Assembly (NCBI GenBank): GCA_043750125.1
Contig: JAYVCD010000364.1
Coordinates: forward strand, 1 to 11,911
Source: Archangiaceae bacterium
GTDB lineage: Bacteria > Myxococcota > Myxococcia > Myxococcales > Myxococcaceae
Length of the DNA stretch: 11,911 nt
Direction of reading: 5' to 3'
Both the position numbers and the translations under genes were made by a program. Positions 7,360 through 11,911 of this stretch are shown piece by piece. The notes under the pieces are model-generated. The model did not search any database. It was not told where the DNA came from and saw only the letters and a list, made by a program, of their open reading frames with translations. How positions within the stretch are numbered: position 1 is the first letter of the stretch; each line of letters starts with the position of its first letter.

Positions 7360-8415
7360 TCAGGACTTCGCCGACGCCGACGGAGCTTCAGCCGGCGTCG
7401 GCTTTTCTGCCGGCGGCTTCGTCACTTTCATCCGGTTGCGGGTGGCGGCCGACTCTACGATTCGCCCGATCAGCTGGGTATAGGACAGGCCCCGTTCTTC
7501 GGCCGCCATCGCAAGCTCGCTCTCTTGCTCGAGGTAGGGGTTGGGGTTCACCTCGAGCACGAAGGCTTCACCCGTTTCTTCCGAGATTCGGAAGTCCACC
7601 CGGGCGTAGTCATTGATCTTCAGGGCCTTGTAGGCGAGCAGGGCCGATCGTTCGATGCGGGCCTGAAGATCTGCCGACAAGTCATTGGCCATGATCAACC
7701 GCGGCCCCCCCTCGATGTAGGGGCCGAATTTCACGATCCGATCGGAAACCCGGGGCTCGCCCTTGTTCCAGTCGCCCCAGTCGAGCTCGACGATCGGAAA
7801 GATCTCGGGCCGGGTCGAAGTACCGACCACCCCCACGTAGACCTCGCGGCCTTCGATGAACTCCTCGGCCAGCGCTTCGTCCGAAAACTCTTTTCGAATC
7901 TCGCGCACCCGCCGGGTCAGCTCTTCCCAGTCGGATACGACCGAATGCTTGCCGATGCCCAACGAGGCGTCCGAGCGCGACGGCTTGACGATCAGCGGGA
8001 ACTTCATCCGTCCATTCGTCTCGAAGGTCTCTCCGTCGAAGGTCGCGAAGTTGGGCGTCAATACGTCGTGGTAGCCCAGCAGCTGCTTGGTGAGGATTTT
8101 GTCCTGCGCCAACAGCAGCCCCGCGGTGCCCGAGCCGGTAAAACGAATGCGGGCCATCTCCATCAGCGCGGCGACGTTCACTTCCAGCCGGTAGTCGTCG
8201 GCGAAGGTCTCGCAGACGTTGAACACCAGGTCTGCCTGAGCCGCTTCGATCGCGGTCAACAAGTCGAAGACGCGATCGTGAACGCTGACCGTGACCGTCG
8301 TATGGCCGAGCTCCTTGAGCGCGTCGACGATGTGACCCACCACCGGATCGATAGGCTCACTCGACGGCTGGTAGTGCAGCACTGCAATCTTCAGTGAGGG
8401 AACCGTCGACGCCAT
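7360..8415 (-). CDS. D-alanine--D-alanine ligase-like ATP-grasp enzyme (non-canonical)
   Basis: ATP-grasp motifs FTGSG, QDKILTK, FPLIVKP, ASLGI, EEFIEGRE, YARVDFR, LEVNPNP. It lacks the GGxSxE and LHG motifs of housekeeping Ddl. The start is either 8415 (preferred) or 8427. Confidence 0.85.
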   Translation of the reverse strand: MASTVPSLKIAVLHYQPSSEPIDPVVGHIVDALKELGHTTVTVSVHDRVFDLLTAIEAAQADLVFNVCETFADDYRLEVNVAALMEMARIRFTGSGTAGLLLAQDKILTKQLLGYHDVLTPNFATFDGETFETNGRMKFPLIVKPSRSDASLGIGKHSVVSDWEELTRRVREIRKEFSDEALAEEFIEGREVYVGVVGTSTRPEIFPIVELDWGDWNKGEPRVSDRIVKFGPYIEGGPRLIMANDLSADLQARIERSALLAYKALKINDYARVDFRISEETGEAFVLEVNPNPYLEQESELAMAAEERGLSYTQLIGRIVESAATRNRMKVTKPPAEKPTPAEAPSASAKS

Positions 8416-8450
8416 TGCGCCGAACATAGCCCGTCACTTGCGGACTGCGT

Positions 8451-9512
8451 TCAATCCACTTCGAAGAAGCGATCGGTGTACAGGTAGTTCATCGCCAACG
8501 CAGTGAGCAGCGAGGTGAAGCGGGTCATGTACTCGCGCGCCTTGTCGCGATGAACGGTGAGATCCAGCACCGAGGTCCGCTCGAGCAGGTGATCGATCAC
8601 GCTCAACACCACCGCCCGACTCACGCCCGAGTACTGCGTCACCGCAACCACCAGGGCCTGCCGTTCGGAACGGATCAAGTTGTCTGCCCGGGTCGGTGCT
8701 GCGGTCGGATTCTCGAACAGCGTCGCGAGATCCTGGTCCAGGTGCTCTCCGAGCTGGAGGTCGACCTTCTCTTCCAGGTTCCGCAGCCGGTAGTGCTCGA
8801 GCACCGTCTCTTCCATCTGGTCCACGTCCAGGTCGTGCTCATCGACGGTCACCGGAGGCGGCAGCCGGTGGAGTCGAACCGCTGCGGCCTGCACGTACTG
8901 CAGCTTCTTCAGCGCGCCCCAATCGCGGTAGCGATGCTCCCAGTTGCCATCCGGAGTCAGCCAGACCGCAAACGTCTCGGCAAAATCTTCGTCCGGGTGT
9001 TTCTGAGCGTACCACCCCGAGATGTGAACGACGTATTTGCGCGAGAACGGCATCGGCTTGAAGTCGTCGCGGTACGGCTTGCTGTAGTCGCCGAAAAGTT
9101 TGCGCCACTCTTCAGTCTCGTAGAGCTTGAAGGCGTAGTTGAACGCGTGGCCTGCCTCGTGGCGCAGGTACATCATGATGTCCCGCTCGCTCTCGAGCCC
9201 ACCGCCCAACGCCTCTTCAATCGAATGGAGATTCGAATCGGCCAGGTAGAACGGAATCCCAATCACCGGGACGCCCGATGGGCAGCCCCACTGGTCGGAC
9301 AGGTAGCATTCCGGGCGTATCGACAGGCCCTTGGCCTCGAGCTCCAGGTAGAGCTGCTGGATGTACCGCTCGAGCGGCGTACCCGACAGGTGGAGCTTCA
9401 GATCCTTGATGCGCGCTTGCAGCAACACCGCGCTCGCCGGTGCCAAACCGTCACCGAACTGCGGCTCGGCAGGCTTTTCTCGAAAGGCGATTGCTGTTCC
9501 CGCAACAGTCAT
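8451..9512 (-). CDS. Putative zinc-binding metallopeptidase (zincin, Peptidase_Mx-like)
   Basis: HExxH (LRHEAGHA) plus downstream YAQKHPDEDFAETFAVWL, which supplies the third ligand region. ATG at 9512 (MTVAG) has a GAGG SD upstream, so it is preferred over the track's TTG at 9593. Confidence 0.85.
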   Translation of the reverse strand: MTVAGTAIAFREKPAEPQFGDGLAPASAVLLQARIKDLKLHLSGTPLERYIQQLYLELEAKGLSIRPECYLSDQWGCPSGVPVIGIPFYLADSNLHSIEEALGGGLESERDIMMYLRHEAGHAFNYAFKLYETEEWRKLFGDYSKPYRDDFKPMPFSRKYVVHISGWYAQKHPDEDFAETFAVWLTPDGNWEHRYRDWGALKKLQYVQAAAVRLHRLPPPVTVDEHDLDVDQMEETVLEHYRLRNLEEKVDLQLGEHLDQDLATLFENPTAAPTRADNLIRSERQALVVAVTQYSGVSRAVVLSVIDHLLERTSVLDLTVHRDKAREYMTRFTSLLTALAMNYLYTDRFFEVD

Positions 9513-9579
9513 TTGGCGACCTCGTTCTGGACCCGGGCAAACCATAACCGACCGGTGTGACAGTCCAACCCTCGCCATC

Positions 9580-9640
9580 GGGTTAAAATTCAAGTCGTTG
9601 AAGTTACATGTTAAACCTTCTAATTAAGGGCAAACAACGC
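9580..9640 (-). promoter_or_regulatory. AT-rich promoter region for the peptidase/ligase genes; candidate sigma70-type TTGTTT-N18-TAACAT
   Basis: This is the most AT-rich stretch in the window. On the minus strand TTGTTT is at 9637-9632 and TAACAT at 9613-9608. Inverted repeats: TTCAA-N4-TTGAA (9589-9602) and CCTT-N6-AAGG (9616-9629). Confidence 0.45.
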
Positions 9641-9652
9641 GCAGCGTCATGG

Positions 9653-11218
9653 CTACTCAAAGGCCTGAATGTCGTCGTCTTTCTTCTTCTTTGGGCTCGG
9701 CGCAGTAGCTGGCTTTTTGGCAGCCGAGAGCTCGATTTCGAACCCTTCGTTCTGCGAAATCCGAAAGGTCCGCGTGACGGGCAGGAAGCCCGCAAGCTCG
9801 AAGGTCAACGCGTGCGGCTCGTCGATCGTCCACTTCCTTTCCAGCGGAGTCTTCCCCAGCACGCTCTGGCCTTCGACGACCGACGCCCCTGCCGGCCGCG
9901 TCTTGAGCGAAACCGTCACCAGCCCATCGGGATGCTCGACCCCCGCGGCCTCGACGGGCCGAGCGACGACTGAAGGCAACGGCGGACTCTCGGCGCGACG
10001 ACTGAGCGTGAAATATGCTCCCCCGGCCACGGCAGCAACCGTTGCGGCAGCTCCGATCAACCACAGCGGCAACTTCGAAGTCGCCGCAGGCTTCATCGGC
10101 TCGGCTCGAGCCATCTTGAGACTCGGAATCTCCGGAGCGGTTTCTCTGTGATCCACCGGTACCACCTGGGCGGGAAGCGGGCGCGACAGCCGGCTTCCGA
10201 CGATCACCTTCGAGCTCTTGCCCATCGACCGACTGCCTTTCTTCCCCGAGCCAGACTGCGAGCTGCTGCCGGGATCCTTCGTGCTGTCTTCACGCTTGGT
10301 GCCGGTCGGAAGCGCGTCGAGCACGTCGTCCGGCTCGCCTTCCATCGCCGCGTTCAGGTCGGCCAACAGCTCTGCGACATTTTGGTAACGATCTTCTTTC
10401 TCGCGAGCCAGCCCCTTGAGCAGGAACTCGTCAATCTTCCGCGGCATCGGGGCGCCCTGCCGAATCGTGCCCACCGCCGGGACCGTCTTGGTCAGCGCCG
10501 CGGTGAGCGCCTTGCGCACGGTGTTGGCCCCGAACGGGGAGGTGCCGGTGAGCATGAAGAACAAGACGCCGGTCAGGGAATACAGATCGCTGCGCTGATC
10601 GACCAGCTCGCCGCCTGCCTGCTCGGGCGGCATGTATTGAGGCGTCCCCAACACCTGCCCGGTGGAAGTCAGCTGCTCTTCGTCTTCCTGCTCAAGCACC
10701 TTGACCAGCCCAAAGTCGAGCACCTTGACGTACTCGTGCCCGTCGACCTGGCTGATCATGATGTTCTGCGGTTTCACGTCGCGGTGAACGACGTTCTGGT
10801 TGTGGGCGTGCTGCAGGCCCAACCCCGCCTGCTCGATGATCGCCGCCGCCCGGCGCAGGGACATCGGGCCCTCGCGCTTGACCTGCTGGCGCAGCGATTC
10901 GCCCTCGATCAGCTCCATCACGAAGTAACAGGTGCCATCGACCGCCCGGCCGAAGTCATAGATGGTGATGATGTTCGGGTGACGCAGCTTGCTGGCCAGC
11001 TCGGCTTCGCGCTTGAACCGCTCGAAGAAGGTCGGCGCCATCGCCAGCTGGGGGTGCAGCGTCTTCACCGCCACCGGCCGCTGCATCGACGTCTGCATCC
11101 CTCCAAAGACCAGTCCCATGCCCCCCTGGCCCAGGACGGTGTCCAGCCGATAACGCCCGTCGAGCGTTTTTCCGAGGTAGTCGGCGGCATTCACCGTTTC
11201 GATCGCGTCGCCAGCCAT
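9653..11218 (-). CDS. Membrane-anchored Hanks-type Ser/Thr protein kinase with C-terminal PEGA-like domain
   Basis: Kinase motifs LGQGGMG, VAVK, HRDVKPQN, DFG, GTPQYMPPE, DLYS. These are followed by a Ser/Gly/Lys-rich linker, a TM (LWLIGAAATVAAVAGGAYF) and the PEGA-like VSLKTRPAGASVV...LGKTPL...FELAGF. Confidence 0.93.
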   Translation of the reverse strand: MAGDAIETVNAADYLGKTLDGRYRLDTVLGQGGMGLVFGGMQTSMQRPVAVKTLHPQLAMAPTFFERFKREAELASKLRHPNIITIYDFGRAVDGTCYFVMELIEGESLRQQVKREGPMSLRRAAAIIEQAGLGLQHAHNQNVVHRDVKPQNIMISQVDGHEYVKVLDFGLVKVLEQEDEEQLTSTGQVLGTPQYMPPEQAGGELVDQRSDLYSLTGVLFFMLTGTSPFGANTVRKALTAALTKTVPAVGTIRQGAPMPRKIDEFLLKGLAREKEDRYQNVAELLADLNAAMEGEPDDVLDALPTGTKREDSTKDPGSSSQSGSGKKGSRSMGKSSKVIVGSRLSRPLPAQVVPVDHRETAPEIPSLKMARAEPMKPAATSKLPLWLIGAAATVAAVAGGAYFTLSRRAESPPLPSVVARPVEAAGVEHPDGLVTVSLKTRPAGASVVEGQSVLGKTPLERKWTIDEPHALTFELAGFLPVTRTFRISQNEGFEIELSAAKKPATAPSPKKKKDDDIQAFE

Positions 11219-11257
11219 TGATTTCCACTATACGGGAGCCGGTCCAGCGAGCACACC

Positions 11258-11911
11258 GTGAGTCTCCTCATCGTTCAAGACTTGTCGTTGTCCTACGGCA
11301 AGAAGGCACTCTTCGAGCACACCAGCTTCACCATCGGTCCAACCGATCGGATCGGGCTGGTGGGGGCCAACGGCACCGGGAAGTCGACCCTGCTGAAGAT
11401 CCTCGTCGGGCAGGTCACCGCCGACAGCGGCATCCTCACCTGGAGGCGCCGCGCCCGGTGGGGTTACCTGCCGCAAGACCTGTCGGCGCTGCCCGAAGGC
11501 TCGCTGGTCGACTCGGTGCTGGCGACGGTGCCCGGGCGCGACACGCTGGAAGAGCGGCTGCGGGTGACCGAAGCCTCGCTGTCGGAGGCGAAGGAAGAGG
11601 CCGAACAGCTCGAGCTGGCCCAGACGCTGGCCGAGCTTCATGAAGAGGCGGACCACTTCGACGAGCACTATGGCCGTCACCGGGCCGAGGCGATCCTCGC
11701 CGGGCTGGGCTTCAAGCAAACCCAGTTCGAGCGGCCGACCGACACCTTCAGCGGCGGCTGGAGAATGCGCGCCGCCCTCGCCGGGCTGCTGCTGCAGGAT
11801 CCCGATCTGCTGCTGCTGGACGAGCCGACCAACCACCTGGACCTTCCGACGCTGGCCTGGTTCGACGCGTTCCTTCGCCGCTCGCGCAAGGCGCTGGTGC
11901 TGATCAGCCAC
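11258..11911 (+). CDS. ABC-F family ATPase (ribosome-associated), 3'-truncated by window edge; absent from ORF track
   Basis: GTG at 11258 opens MSLLIVQDLSLSYGKKALF...IGLVGANGTGKSTLLK (Walker A), GYLPQD (Q-loop), a helical arm, FSGGWRMRAALA (signature), LLLLDEPTNHLD (Walker B) and LISH (H-loop). There is no TM segment and no stop before the window end. Confidence 0.93.
   Translation, partial: MSLLIVQDLSLSYGKKALFEHTSFTIGPTDRIGLVGANGTGKSTLLKILVGQVTADSGILTWRRRARWGYLPQDLSALPEGSLVDSVLATVPGRDTLEERLRVTEASLSEAKEEAEQLELAQTLAELHEEADHFDEHYGRHRAEAILAGLGFKQTQFERPTDTFSGGWRMRAALAGLLLQDPDLLLLDEPTNHLDLPTLAWFDAFLRRSRKALVLISH

Noticed and set aside
6994-8397. 467 aa plus-strand ORF (likewise 8550..9560, 10148..11221, 2817..4010, 2731..3831, 79..876)
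   Set aside because: These overlap well-supported genes on the opposite strand or in another frame. Their translations are Arg/Pro/Gly-rich and motif-free.
7360-8415. Vancomycin-resistance ligase (VanA/B-like) or housekeeping ddl
   Set aside because: No vanH/vanX/vanRS or mur genes are adjacent and the N-terminal D-Ala-binding motifs are absent, so no gene symbol was assigned.
11228-11911. 227 aa minus-strand ORF and plus-strand ORFs 11218..11643 and 11640..11903
   Set aside because: Shadows of the real ABC-F frame starting at 11258.

Overview
GC-rich chromosomal window that looks myxobacterial (Myxococcota), judging by a MYXO-CTERM-type sorting signal, a PilZ-TM-AMIN protein and a PEGA-type Ser/Thr kinase. 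In order it contains: otsA (5'-truncated) and otsB for trehalose synthesis; a bestrophin-like membrane protein and a 2OG-Fe(II) oxygenase on the minus strand; a PilZ/AMIN membrane protein; and a REP-like hairpin repeat. Next is an ATGA-coupled three-gene operon: TauE/SafE transporter, then an Rdx/SelW-family SELENOPROTEIN, then an HSL-family alpha/beta hydrolase, closed by a strong hairpin. The selenoprotein has a CxxU motif, an in-frame UGA at 5400-5402 and a SECIS-like hairpin; the ORF track truncates it. After that come a frameshifted, chimeric surface-protein pseudogene (OM beta-barrel-like N-terminus, Ig-like repeat, MYXO-CTERM), a zincin metallopeptidase next to a non-canonical Ddl-like ATP-grasp ligase, a membrane Ser/Thr kinase, and the 5' part of an ABC-F ATPase absent from the ORF track. 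The best leads are the Sec-recoded gene sitting inside a translationally coupled operon, which may gate the hydrolase on selenium, and the ligase/peptidase pair. All family calls come from motif recognition by eye; no database search was run.
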